From Rebecca billardiae RCC1528 (Eukaryota; Protista; Haptophyta): a DNA stretch of 64,000 nt. Positions 53,646 to 64,000 of the stretch are shown here, one piece after another. Made by a program: the position numbers and the translations under genes. Where the stretch lies: contig OZ251240.1 of assembly GCA_965240325.2 (NCBI GenBank), forward strand, positions 620,001 to 684,000, in the 5' to 3' direction. How positions within the stretch are numbered: position 1 is the stretch's first letter; the number at the start of each line of letters is the position of its first letter. A model generated the notes under the pieces. It saw only the letters and a program-made list of their open reading frames with translations, was not told the DNA's origin and did no database searches.

Positions 53646-54967
53646 TCATGCCTCCATCTTGCGCACGCTCATGAAGGTGCGCACCATGTCGTCGGTCACG
53701 AGCGCGCGCGCCTTCTGGTGCGCCGCCACCATCGGCTGCAGCACCTTGACGAGCTCCGCTTTCACCTCGCCGCTCAGCATCCGGCCCGAGCCGTACTCGT
53801 CGCGGATGCGCTGCAGCTTGGCGTCGTCGAACTCGAAGAAGGAGAGGTACGCGTACGGCACGTCCACCTCCAGGTCGGCGCCGAGCCGGCGGTGCTCCTC
53901 CACCGAGTCGCGCCCGCCCGAGAAGGCGTGCTTGTTCACCTTGTCCTTGATCTGCTTGGGCGTGTCCGTCACGTAGATGGCCGAGTTCTCGTCAGAGGCG
54001 GACATCTTGGTGCCAAAGCCCTGCAGCGAGGGGAAGAAGCGCGAGTGGATGAGCGAGGGCTTGAGGAAGCCGAGCCTCGGCGCCACGTCGCGCGTCATGC
54101 GGAAGTACGGGTCCTGGTCGATGGCGCACGGGATGAGGCACGGCACGCGCTCGTCCTCGCCTGCACGCGCGCACGCGCGCACGCGCGCACGCGCGAGAGG
54201 CGGGTGGGTGCGCGCGATGAGCTCGGCCGCCGAGCGGGCGCGGGCGGGCACGCGCGGGCACGCGCGCGCGCGCGCGCACCGAAGATGTGGGTGAACGAGC
54301 TCGAGAAGGACGGCGCCGCCTGTATCGCTGGGAACGCGTGCTTGCCGATGTTGTCCGAGTCGTTGAAGCCGAAGATGCCCTTCACCTGCGAGTACGTGGT
54401 CGCCTTCATGATGCGCACAATGTTCGGGTACATCGCGCCCACGTACTCGTAGTCGGAGAAGATGAAGGTCTTGCCGATGTCGAAGCCGCACGCGATGATG
54501 TCCTTGCAGTTCTCGTGCGCGAGGCGGTGCGTCTCCGTCACCGTGAGCTCCTTCCACAGGAACTTCTCGTCGTCGGTCAGCTGCACGACCAGCGGGCAGC
54601 CAAACGCGTCCTGCAGCCACTTGGTGAACATGAAGGGGACGAGGTGGCCGAGGTGCAGCGCCTCGGAGCTGGGCCCGCGGCCGGTGTACAGGTACATCTT
54701 CCCGCCGCGCTCGACGTGGTCCAGGATGAACCCGAGGTCGCGGTGCGAGAAGAAGACGCCTCGCCTGATCCACGCGTGCGCTCGCCGGCCCGTCACGCGC
54801 TCGAGGCGCGAGATGACGTCCTCGGTGATCTTCGTCGAGCCAAACTTGACGATGAGCTTGTCGTAGTCGATCCCGCCCTTCTTCGAGGAGGACACGTTGA
54901 ACGGGTCGACGACGTCGTCGTCGTCCTCCTCAGCGCCCAGTGTGGCGCTGTCTGTGGGTGCCGCCAT
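53646..54967 (-). CDS. WARS1: Cytosolic tryptophanyl-tRNA synthetase; intron 54161-54279
   Basis: [66 protein letters not shown]. Confidence 0.97.
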
Positions 54968-55134
54968 GGATGCCACGTCCCAACCGGGCCGGACAAGGTC
55001 AAGAGCGCGCGCCGCCGCCGCCCGCGTCCGGACCACGCCCCCTCTCAACCACCGCGGCTGCCCAAAGCCTGCACCTTCGGCGTGCGCGCCCGGTTGCGAG
55101 CAGCGGGCCCGGAGTCGGGGCTCGGCGCGCGAGC

Positions 55135-56964
55135 ATGGCATCGATGGGGTGCAACTACCTCTACATGGCCCCTGCCATGATGGTCATCCCCCTCTTCATC
55201 ATCTCGGTCATCAACACGTTCGTCGCCGGGCCGCCGTTGGAAACGCTCGTGTTTGACAGCATGAACTCGGTCGCGCTCGACTACATGAGCACGAAGGTGG
55301 AGGACTCGCGCGTGACCGTCGCGGTGAACCCGTCGACCTCCGTCTCGCACTACTTCGTCTTCACGTGCTACGTGCCCGAGAGCTGGAAGTCCAGCGCGGA
55401 CACGCACGTGCCTCTCAGCGCGATCGTCAAAGCGTGGGACGGCGAGAAGCAGGACGGCGCGGAGACGCTGCTCTCCGCGGCGTCGCACTCGGGCGGCGCG
55501 TCCGGCCGGAAGGGCGCGCCAAAGGAGTACGGCCTGCAGCTCCTCCAGCCCCTCGACGGCTGGGAGCACTACGAGATCGACGTCTCGGCGGGCGAGGGCG
55601 AGGGCGAGGGCGGCACCCCCGCCAAGTTCCCCAAGATGGAGTTCCGCCTCACCTACGTGCCCCCGCGCTTCACGCAGACGCAAATATTCGTGCGCCTCTT
55701 CTTCTGCGCGGTCACGGTACGCGCGGGCGCGGGCGGGGTGTGGCTCGCTGCCAGCAGCACGCGTGGCTGCCCTCGGGCTGCGCGCGGCCGCTGCGACGCG
55801 CTAGGCGAGCGCGTGCGCGCGCGCGCGCGTGCGCGTGTGTGAGCTCACGCATGCCCCTCGCCGGCGCGCCCTCGCCCACCGCCGCCGCTCCCGCCGCCGC
55901 CCGCCCCCCCCCCCCCCCCCCTCTCTGCCGCGCGTGCGCCGCCTCGCCGCCGCCAGCTCCTGCTCATCATCGGCTACTGCTGCGCGATGGCGCGCTCCGA
56001 GTCGCCGATCGACCCGGGGCAGGCGTGGATCGCCGCGATCCTGCTGCTGCTGCTCGCGGTGAACGACCCGCTGTACGCGTACCGCGTGGCGGTGCTGGGC
56101 GACGAGAAGCTCGAGAGCGCGGCGACGGTCGGGCAGATTGTCTTCTCGGCCGCCATGTTCCTCTTCTGGCTGATCATGGCGGACGGCATGCAGCGGTCGG
56201 GTGCCAAGACGTGCCTCAACTTCTACCTGCTCAAGGTGTTGATCGTGGGCGCGTACACCGCGTCGGCGTGCGCGCTCTTCCTGATGCACGGCCGCATCCC
56301 GGACCGGCTCGAGGTCTCCTCCTTCACCGGCACCGACTCGGTCACCACCACGCTCGTCGTGACGGCCATCGTGTGCCTCAGCGCCATCTGCGCGTGGCTG
56401 GGCTTCCTGGTCGCGCGCGCCATCTACCACCTGGGCTGGAAGAACATGGAGTACATCTACACGGACAGAGAGAAGTCGTTCGTCGGGATGACGCTGGTCT
56501 TCATCCTGCTGTGGGTGTGCGGGCTCGTGTACCGCGCGGTGCACGGCCAGCGCGGCTCGTGGCTCATGCTGCAGCTGCCCTTCCTCGCGCTCTCCAACTC
56601 GTACCTCGTGCTCCTGGTCAACGCGTTCTGGCCCGGTGCGCGCACCCGCGGGCACGCGCCGCGGGCACGCGCCGCGGGCACGCGCCGCGGGCACGCGCCG
56701 CGCCGCGCGCCGCGCCGCGCGCGCGCGCGCAGCCGGCGGCGGCGTCTGGCGGCGGCGGCGGCACTCACCCGCACTGGCCGCGCGCGCGCGCGGCGCCTGC
56801 GCCCTCGCGCAGGCTCGGAGACGAGCATCTCCAACTCGATCGCCGCGTCCGGCCCGACCGTGGACGAGGCGGGCGGCGGCGAGCTGGGCGGGGCCGGCGG
56901 CGCGCAGAAGCTGCCCAAGGACAGGCAAGGGCTGCTGAGCGGGGAAGACGACGACGACGACTGA
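55135..56964 (+). CDS. TMEM181/Wntless-like multi-pass membrane protein; introns 55717-55956 and 56636-56812
   Basis: Luminal domain then TMs with QAW..ILLLLL..NDPLY, FLFWL, FYLLK, NSYLVLL...FWP. Confidence 0.78.
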
Positions 56965-57513
56965 GAGCCGTGCACGGGCCGCGCGGCGCGCTCTGTGGAC
57001 CGGCTGGCCCCACGCCGACGAGCTTGCCGTCTGCACGGCGTCCCCACCATGGAGCCTGCACGCATGGACCGGGGGCACACGGTCCGAACACACGCGCGCT
57101 CGCGCAGTCGATCATCAATCACCTGACTGAGTGCGCGCACGGCGGTCGAACATCAAGTGATGAGCTACATGAGGCGTGCGACTGAACGTGCAGCAGTGTG
57201 ACCTGTGTGCCCTGTCGCCACGACCGGGGCCACGACGCCTGTCGGATCGTCCTCTGTACTCGTCCGCCTCTGATCATCCATATCATAGCAGACCATAATC
57301 CATGTGCCTGAAGTAAATACGCAGCCTGAAGTTGCGGTCTTGAAGTTGCCTGTCGAGTAGTCCGACCGTCTACAGTAGTGCAAGTTGGGACCGTGCCATC
57401 AGGGTCAGCGCCCCAGGCGGGGCGCTGCTATTGTTATAGTGCTACTACTACGCGATCGACGCGCCGCCTATAGACGCGTATACAGTAACTAGCACCGCGC
57501 GTAAGTCAAAGTG

Positions 57514-58911
57514 TCATCCGCGCGGGTGGTGCGAGCGCATGAGCAGGTGATGGCCCTTCGTCATCGAGGTCTTGCGGCGCAGCCGCTCCGCGCGGCGCGT
57601 CTGCTCCCCGCCCTCGTCGAGCTGCGCGTCGAGCACCGCCGGCCAGCGGTAGATCCCCGCGCTCAGGTTGTGCTTGCGCTGGCGGTCGACGTGCGCGCGG
57701 TAGCGCATCGACGCGAGCACGACGCGTGAGACGAGCTTGGACTCGAGCCGCGGCGGCGGCGTGCGCGGGCGCGTGCGCCGCGCGCGCGCGCACGCGCCGC
57801 GGCGCACGAGCTCGCGGAACTCGGCGGCGGTCTCGCGCCCGTTGCGCGTCACGGTCAGGCTGCGAGCCATGCCGAGCAGCGGGAACGTGTACTGGTACGC
57901 GCGCTCCTCCTCCAGCCCGCGCGCGTGCTGCACGAGCTGGTGCCCGCCAAAGAGGGCGCTCAGCCATGAGGTGCCGCCCTGCACAGAGACGAAGCAGCGC
58001 GCGGCGCTCATCGCCGCGACGAGGATGTCGTTGTACTCGGTGCCCGGCGGCGCGAGCCGCTCGACGAGGTGCACCCTGCCGTGCCACGGGTGCGTCGCGT
58101 TCGCCGCGCGCCGCAGCAGCACCGACTTGTCGGCAAACGGCAGCGCCTGCTGCCCGGTCGCCTCTGCGTCCTGCGGCACGAGCGCGCCCGGCCGGTTGTA
58201 CAGCACGATGGCGCCAGAGCGGACGGCGGCGTCGACGATCGCGCTGAGCGCGTCGAGCGCGAGGAAGTTAGTCGGCTGCAGCGCCACGCTGCCCCGGCGC
58301 GTGATGAAGAACTCTCTCGTGTACTTGTTCGAGATCATCACGACCGGCGCGGTGCGCAGCTCGGCGGGCAGCCCGAGGGCGGCCGAGCGCGCGCCGAGCC
58401 GCGCGGCGTGGTACTCGCGCGTGGGCGGCGAGATCCAGTGGAGCGGCAGCGGATCGAGGATCATGTCTCGCCACTGCGCCAGCTCGGCCGACGGCGCGTG
58501 CGCCAGCGCCGAGAGCATGTTGGTGTCAGGCTTGCGCTTGCACGTCGCGTTCTCGACGTACTGCCGCGCAAACCAGTAGAACGGCGCCATGTGCCCGCAC
58601 CCCACGATGCGCGTCGCGCCGCCGGCGAGCGCGTGGTAGAACTCGAAGCCGAATGCCACCATCTCGTACCCGAACTCGCCCCGGAACGCCACGTCGAGGC
58701 GGTCGGCGGGCCGCTCGACGCGCTTCGCTGCCTCGGGGCCGCGGCCGTCGAGCTTCAGGTCGAGGCGCGTGTGCCACGCCTGGAGCTCCGCCAGCCGATG
58801 CCACATCAGCGCTGCGAGCTCGCTCTGCGATGGGGCGGCGGACCACCCGCCGGCGCCATCCACCCCCGCCCACGTGAGGACCACGATCACGAGCGCGTGC
58901 TTGGCTTCCAT
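57514..58911 (-). CDS. Secreted/Golgi protein of unknown function, possibly GT-B glycosyltransferase-like
   Basis: Signal peptide. Motifs FRGEFGYEM, ISNKYTREF, VLYNRP, ARCFVSVQGGTSWLSALFGG. Intronless with strong GC3. Confidence 0.65.
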   Translation of the reverse strand: MEAKHALVIVVLTWAGVDGAGGWSAAPSQSELAALMWHRLAELQAWHTRLDLKLDGRGPEAAKRVERPADRLDVAFRGEFGYEMVAFGFEFYHALAGGATRIVGCGHMAPFYWFARQYVENATCKRKPDTNMLSALAHAPSAELAQWRDMILDPLPLHWISPPTREYHAARLGARSAALGLPAELRTAPVVMISNKYTREFFITRRGSVALQPTNFLALDALSAIVDAAVRSGAIVLYNRPGALVPQDAEATGQQALPFADKSVLLRRAANATHPWHGRVHLVERLAPPGTEYNDILVAAMSAARCFVSVQGGTSWLSALFGGHQLVQHARGLEEERAYQYTFPLLGMARSLTVTRNGRETAAEFRELVRRGACARARRTRPRTPPPRLESKLVSRVVLASMRYRAHVDRQRKHNLSAGIYRWPAVLDAQLDEGGEQTRRAERLRRKTSMTKGHHLLMRSHHPRG

Positions 58912-59241
58912 GCTGGGAATCGTCAAATTCCGCCCAGATTCCGGTGGGCGTAAGGACCTCCACTCCCGACCGTCGGAACTCGCGGAATTGCAGAATGGAC
59001 AGCTGCCACTGCTCACCGACGACACCAGTCTTACTCTAGTGACTAGTCTAACTGACGCCTTTACTCGGTATACTCGCCCAACCGTCCGTCGGACGGCTCA
59101 CAGGCGTTCCTTCGCCTCAGCTGGTAGTCATGGCCGTGGCAGTGCGCACGCGTGACCGGCACTGCCTTGCGAAGGCAGTCGGCCGGCGCAGAGCCTCACT
59201 AGCCGTCCAGCAGCCCGGCCGAGGCGGGCCGTGCCGCGTCG

Positions 59242-60825
59242 CTAGCCGCGCAAGCGCTTCATCGTGCCCTCCATGATGGCCTCCGCCAGCGCGTACACGA
59301 GGGCGTGCTGCTCGTCCCACGCGGCCGCCTGCGCGGCCTTGTCCTTGCCCGCGCGGCGCAGCGCCGTGCCGAGCTCCGCGCACAGCCGCGCCGCCTCGCC
59401 GTCGCCGAGCGCCGCGGGCTCCTTGGCAAATCGCTTGAGCGCGTCGCGCGCCATCTTCTGCATCAGGATGCGCGAGTCTCCCTCCGCGAACTTGCAGCAG
59501 CAGAGGAAGTCGAGGTGGGCGAAGCCCGAGTCGCCCATCAGCGCGTACGAGCCCACCTCCTGCTTCAGCCGCCAGCACAGGTCGATCGACGCCTCGACCG
59601 CCTTCACCTTAGCCACGGCGATCGCGTGCGCCAGCGGCACGCCCGGCATCTGGCCGGCTCGCAGCAGCGGCGTCAGCTCGGCCTCGCACTGGCCCACGAA
59701 GCACTCCAGCCCGCCCAGGGAGGCGTCCGCCTCGGCGAAGAGCGCACGCAGCTGCGGGATGGAGGAGAGCGCGCGCTCGGGCCCGCCCTGCTCCGCCGCC
59801 GCGCTCCAGATCGGCTTGGCGTCGGCGTACGCGCGCGTGACACGGAAGAGCTCGCGCGCGTACGAGAGCGCCGCCTGCGCGACCGCCACGCGCCCCGAGT
59901 AGAGCCGCTGCCCGATCATGGCGAACGGGGCGAGGCCGGGCGTGGTGAGCGTGTACTCGGCGCTGGCCGGGTCGACGGCGCAGTGCGCGTTGAGCAGCGA
60001 CGCGTGCGGCACGCGCACGCGCTCGAAGCGGATCCACGCGTTGTCCAGGTCGTTGCCCGTCGTCTTGACGCCCATGTCTCCCACGGACACGCCCGCCGTG
60101 AGCTCGCCGCCGCGCCGCAGGTCGATCAGGAAGGCGTGCGGGCCCTTGCGCTCGCCGCGCAGCGTGAGCTCGGCGAGCACGACCGCCTTGTCCGCCGAGA
60201 ACCCCTGCGAGATCCAGTGCTTGCTCGCGCCGTCCGACGGCGTGTCGAGCACGAACTCGCGCGCCTCTGGATCGTACTCCGCGCGCGTCTGTACGACCAG
60301 GCCCGACTGCACGCCCGCCAGCCGCTCGGTGAGCGCAAAGCAGCCGAGCTGGCCGCGCGCCTGCGCGTCGTCGAGCGAGGCGATCTGCTCGGGCCCGCCC
60401 ACCGCCATCACCGTCCCGTAGCACAGGTTGTAGTGCACCGTGAACCGGATCCAGAAGCCGGGGCCGTGCGCGACCGCGTGGCGTGCGAGCAGCCGGTGCG
60501 CCTTGAAGAAGCGCTCGGGCCGGTCGCGGATGTCGGTGTGGCGGAGCAGTCCGGTGCGCACGAGGGCGCGCATCGCCTCGGCGGACTCGGCGTGCGACAT
60601 CGTCCCGCGCACGCCCTCCGTCGCCTCGATGAACGCCGCCTGCCACGCAGCCTCGTCCTCGATCGCGGGCTGCAGCTCAGGCGCGCCCGGCGCGCCCGAC
60701 GGCACGGCCTTGGCGTTCGGATGAAAGGCGGCGATGGGCGGCGGCGGAGCGCGAGCGGGAGCCGAGGAGAGGCACATCCGGTGGAGCGCCGGCATGCGAC
60801 GAGCGCCGCGCGCGACGAGCAACAT
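59242..60825 (-). CDS. Acyl-CoA oxidase/dehydrogenase superfamily flavoprotein
   Basis: GCFALTERLAGVQSG, KHWISQG, GDMGVKTTGNDLDNAWIRF, RLYSGR, KFAEGDSRILMQK. Arg-rich N-terminal presequence. Confidence 0.88.
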   Translation of the reverse strand: MLLVARGARRMPALHRMCLSSAPARAPPPPIAAFHPNAKAVPSGAPGAPELQPAIEDEAAWQAAFIEATEGVRGTMSHAESAEAMRALVRTGLLRHTDIRDRPERFFKAHRLLARHAVAHGPGFWIRFTVHYNLCYGTVMAVGGPEQIASLDDAQARGQLGCFALTERLAGVQSGLVVQTRAEYDPEAREFVLDTPSDGASKHWISQGFSADKAVVLAELTLRGERKGPHAFLIDLRRGGELTAGVSVGDMGVKTTGNDLDNAWIRFERVRVPHASLLNAHCAVDPASAEYTLTTPGLAPFAMIGQRLYSGRVAVAQAALSYARELFRVTRAYADAKPIWSAAAEQGGPERALSSIPQLRALFAEADASLGGLECFVGQCEAELTPLLRAGQMPGVPLAHAIAVAKVKAVEASIDLCWRLKQEVGSYALMGDSGFAHLDFLCCCKFAEGDSRILMQKMARDALKRFAKEPAALGDGEAARLCAELGTALRRAGKDKAAQAAAWDEQHALVYALAEAIMEGTMKRLRG

Positions 60826-61213
60826 CACGCGCGCGGGGCGGCAAACGGGCGAGGCTGGACGGACGGCGCGCGCCAAAACTTGGCACCGCACACGGCCACG
60901 AAACCCCGGCGGAGCCGGGGTTCGTCATCGAATTTCAGGATCAATCAACACAAACAAACAAATAATCAGCAGGTTGTCGATCGATCTTCTTCAATGACGA
61001 CAATGGAATGGTCCTCGGCGACCTCGCACGCACGGCTGTCGACTGTACATCTGACTACCCCGGCGTTAGACTGCCCTGAGGGCGACAGGGCATAGTATCG
61101 TCCGGGTCGTTTCGGTCAGCATCATTGCTGAGTTTGGCACGGTCCGAGTAAAATGATCTGCTGGCCAAAAAACAGGCCAGGCTTCGTAACGCAGCAGGCT
61201 GCTGGCAGCGAGA

Positions 61214-63264
61214 CTACTCGGCAAGCGGTGCCATGCCATCATGAACAGGCGTGTCCTTGGAAATGGCCAGAGCAGCAGCAGACAGGCGGCGGCGGCGAGC
61301 AGCGACGAGGACGAGCGCAAGGATGAGCGCGGTGCCCAGTGCGCCAGCGACAAGCACTGCCGCCGTACCCAGGGCGGCCTCGTCGTCTGACGCCGGCGCG
61401 AGGAAGCGGGACGAGGGCTTGAAGGCGTGCACGCCGGTCGGACAGTTGTTAAAGAGGAAGCAAATCACAGCCTTGTACACAACCAGCCGAACGGCTGCAC
61501 GCTGCTCGCGCAATCGACCGCGAGGGCAGTGCGGCAGACAAGACGTCGAGGTGGGGTGGGTGGCGGCTGAGCACGCGCGCGCGCCGCGCGGCTGCAGGCA
61601 GCCCGCATTCGGCCCGGCTCGTTGGGCGGGCGCATGCGCGAGCGCGTGTTCGCCGGGCGCAGGCGCGACTCTGGGGATCTCATGCCACACGCGCGCACAC
61701 CGTGAAGAAGCACACGGGGCCACAAGGCTGCGATGCTGGCGGCGGCGAGTACGGCGGTGGCGATGACGGCGGTGGCGATGGGACAGCTAGAAACACATAA
61801 TCGCCCGAGTCCGCGTCGACAAAGTCGCCGGCGTCCGCGTAGATCTTGTCGTAGTAACCATCGTTCGCGTAGATCTTGTCGTACTCGCCGTCGATCGCAT
61901 AGATTCTCGTGTAGAATCCATCGGACTTGTACGCGCTCTCGTGCCCCTCGAATGTTGCCCTGAAGATGTCAAAGCCAGCGCCCCCTGCGCGCAGGGCCGG
62001 GCAGACGCAGGCGCAGGTGCACGCGCGCCCACAGGAGCTTGGAGCGATAGCAGCACACAGCGCGCATGCATGCGCACCGCATCATCAACCATCACGGCAC
62101 CACTTCTTCTTCACGAGCGAGCGCGGCGTGCGTGTACCGTGAAGGTAGTTCTTGGAGTACTTGTCTGACTGGTCCACACTCAGGTAGTCGTCCCCATCTC
62201 CGCCTGTGCGGTGCGCAGGGCGTGCGGGTGGCAGGCAGAGGCGTGAGCACGATCGCATCGGATGTGCAACTGCGCAAGCAGCAGCAGCAGCAGCCGTGCA
62301 CTGCGCTACCCAGGAGGGCTCGACGCTGACGGACTGCAGCCAGGCAGTGCGCAGGCCGATCGCGACCGTCGATCGACCGATCGAGGCCGAGGGAACGCGC
62401 GCGCACCGTAGAACGTGTTGTACGTGATGCCCTCGGCCCGTTTGCCCGCGTAGAGTCGGTCGTTGCCATCCTCTCCGTAGAACACGTTGAAGGCCCTGCC
62501 TCCGTAATAAGTCCCCATATTGCCCGACACGTCAGGGCGTCCTTCGCCTCCCACAAAGACGTCGTTACCTGCACCGCCCTGCGTGCACGCGTGGGCATGT
62601 ACGCGCGGCGCGCGTGAGGGGAATGGCAGCAGCAGAGGGTGGGCAGTGTCAGCATTGGCGCAGCAGGCAGGGGGACGCAGGGGCGCGTGTGACCGATGGC
62701 GAGCTGGTGCATGTGTCTGCTGGCAAGCAGGCCGCGCGCAGGGGCACATGCAGCGCCGCTGGGACTGGCTGCGTCGCCCGCACATAGAAATAATTGAAGA
62801 CGTCGCCGCCGTCGTATCCCATGAGGCCGTTCCAGCCCACCTTCCCGCCGTAGCCTCCCTGGAAGAAGTCGTCGCCGGATGTCCCCGTGTACGTGTTGGT
62901 CCTATCCGCACCATCCTTCCCTGAGCCGCAGCAGTATTCCCCGCCGTCTTTGCCCGTGTACGTCACTTGAAGTGCGCGGCCGCGCCTGCGCAGCGCGTGC
63001 AGGCGACGACCAGCGGGCAAAGCACCGCAGGGGGGGGGCTCATCCGAGGCGCGGGCCCGCGGGCCTGCTGCAGCGCATCACGGTGGCTCGGCGCAGCGCG
63101 TACCACTGCTTCAGCGCGCGCATCCCCGTGGGGCTCGTCGGGCGGGGACGCCCCGCATGGCCCGGAGACGTCGCGGCGCGGTCGGCGACGGCGAGCGGCA
63201 GCATGCCACTCGCGAGGAGGACGAGCGCCCGCTGCACGGCGGCGCCGAATCCTGAGCTTCTCAT
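61214..63264 (-). CDS. Second RTX-repeat surface protein with SPPP stalk and C-terminal TM; exons 63264-63104, 62985-62784, 62578-62407, 62203-62138, 61984-61702, ~61501-61214
   Basis: Signal-like N-terminus. Repeats GTSGDDFFQ, GGAGNDVFV, GEDGNDRLY, GGDGDDYLS, GGAGFDIFR. GT-AG introns join the frames. TM followed by RRRR. Confidence 0.7.
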
Positions 63265-64000
63265 GGCGGCGTCGTGCACACCCTTGGTCGTGCAAGGCCT
63301 GGACACCGGGAGCCCGGCCCAGCCCGAGCGGCAGACCCCGCCAGCCGCCAAACCGGTCTCTGCTGGAGACCGTTTTCTCGGTGGCGCCACTGGCGCGAGC
63401 GCTCCCGGGGCTGTGCCGCCGCGCCGGCGGGGCTGCTGGCTCCGTTCGCCGCCAAGCGCCATGCCGGCCCCGCCCTGGAACGGCGCTGGCACACGAGACC
63501 GCGTACAGTACTGCGCGCCGTTGGATGCACTACGCAGCAGCTACGCTGTGCAGCGACTCGCGCGCTCCAACCTGTGGTGCCACGCGCTCGCGCGCTCGCG
63601 CGAACGCGTGTGTTCGAACGCACCTGTGCATGCTCGCACGCGAGAGGTCTGACTTGATGCCGACGAGCGTGGTGGCTCATGGCTCGCGAGAGGAGCCACA
63701 TGCCACACTCTTTCTCCCCGCCCCCGAGCCCTCTCTCGCGCGTGGCTGTGACAAGTACGCGCACGCACGTTCTGAGCGCCGCAGCGCAACATGGCGCGCT
63801 CACTCACACTTCGCGCGCACCATCTCCTGCCGCAGACGACCAGCCCGTGCGCGTCGCGCGCCTTGCCCGAAAGGTGTGCGAGCAGTAGACCCGAGCAGAT
63901 TGCCGGGCGCGCCGAGTAGTCTGCGCCCACGCCGCTGACCGGCGTGGGCGATGCAGGTTGGCGGCTCACCTTACTGTGCCGCTGGCCTCGGCGCAGCAGC

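Noticed and set aside
1-64000. tRNA/rRNA genes or prokaryotic operons
   Set aside because: None recognised by eye. Spliceosomal introns show the DNA is eukaryotic.

Overview
Very GC-rich eukaryotic nuclear DNA with short GC-rich GT-AG introns and bipartite plastid-targeting leaders. This fits an alga with a secondary red plastid, and a haptophyte such as a Pavlovales species is my inference. About 21 host genes can be supported. Housekeeping or metabolic genes include cytosolic TrpRS, Fe-S-free APS reductase (APR-B type) with a thioredoxin domain, a PIH1 protein, a DnaJ membrane protein, a bromodomain protein, TMEM181-like, acyl-CoA oxidase/dehydrogenase-like, an SDR, an AAA_28 NTPase and three sulfotransferases. 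Mobile or repeat DNA includes the 3' part of a Ty1/copia element with its LTR, a TA-flanked TIR element, a TTAA-flanked piggyBac-like non-autonomous element, and a 4.4 kb satellite/fold-back block. The most notable content is a set of immune/second-messenger-like genes. A 6TM-TIR-like-TM-C-type-lectin receptor lies head-to-head with a giant cNMP-binding/soluble adenylyl cyclase/STAND-like protein. A tandem SLATT(DUF4231)-like membrane protein and a TIR-like-TPR protein are also present. There are two paralogous secreted RTX-repeat proteins and a GATase(BPL_N)-GGCT fusion. All domain calls come from motif recognition by eye, not from database searches.
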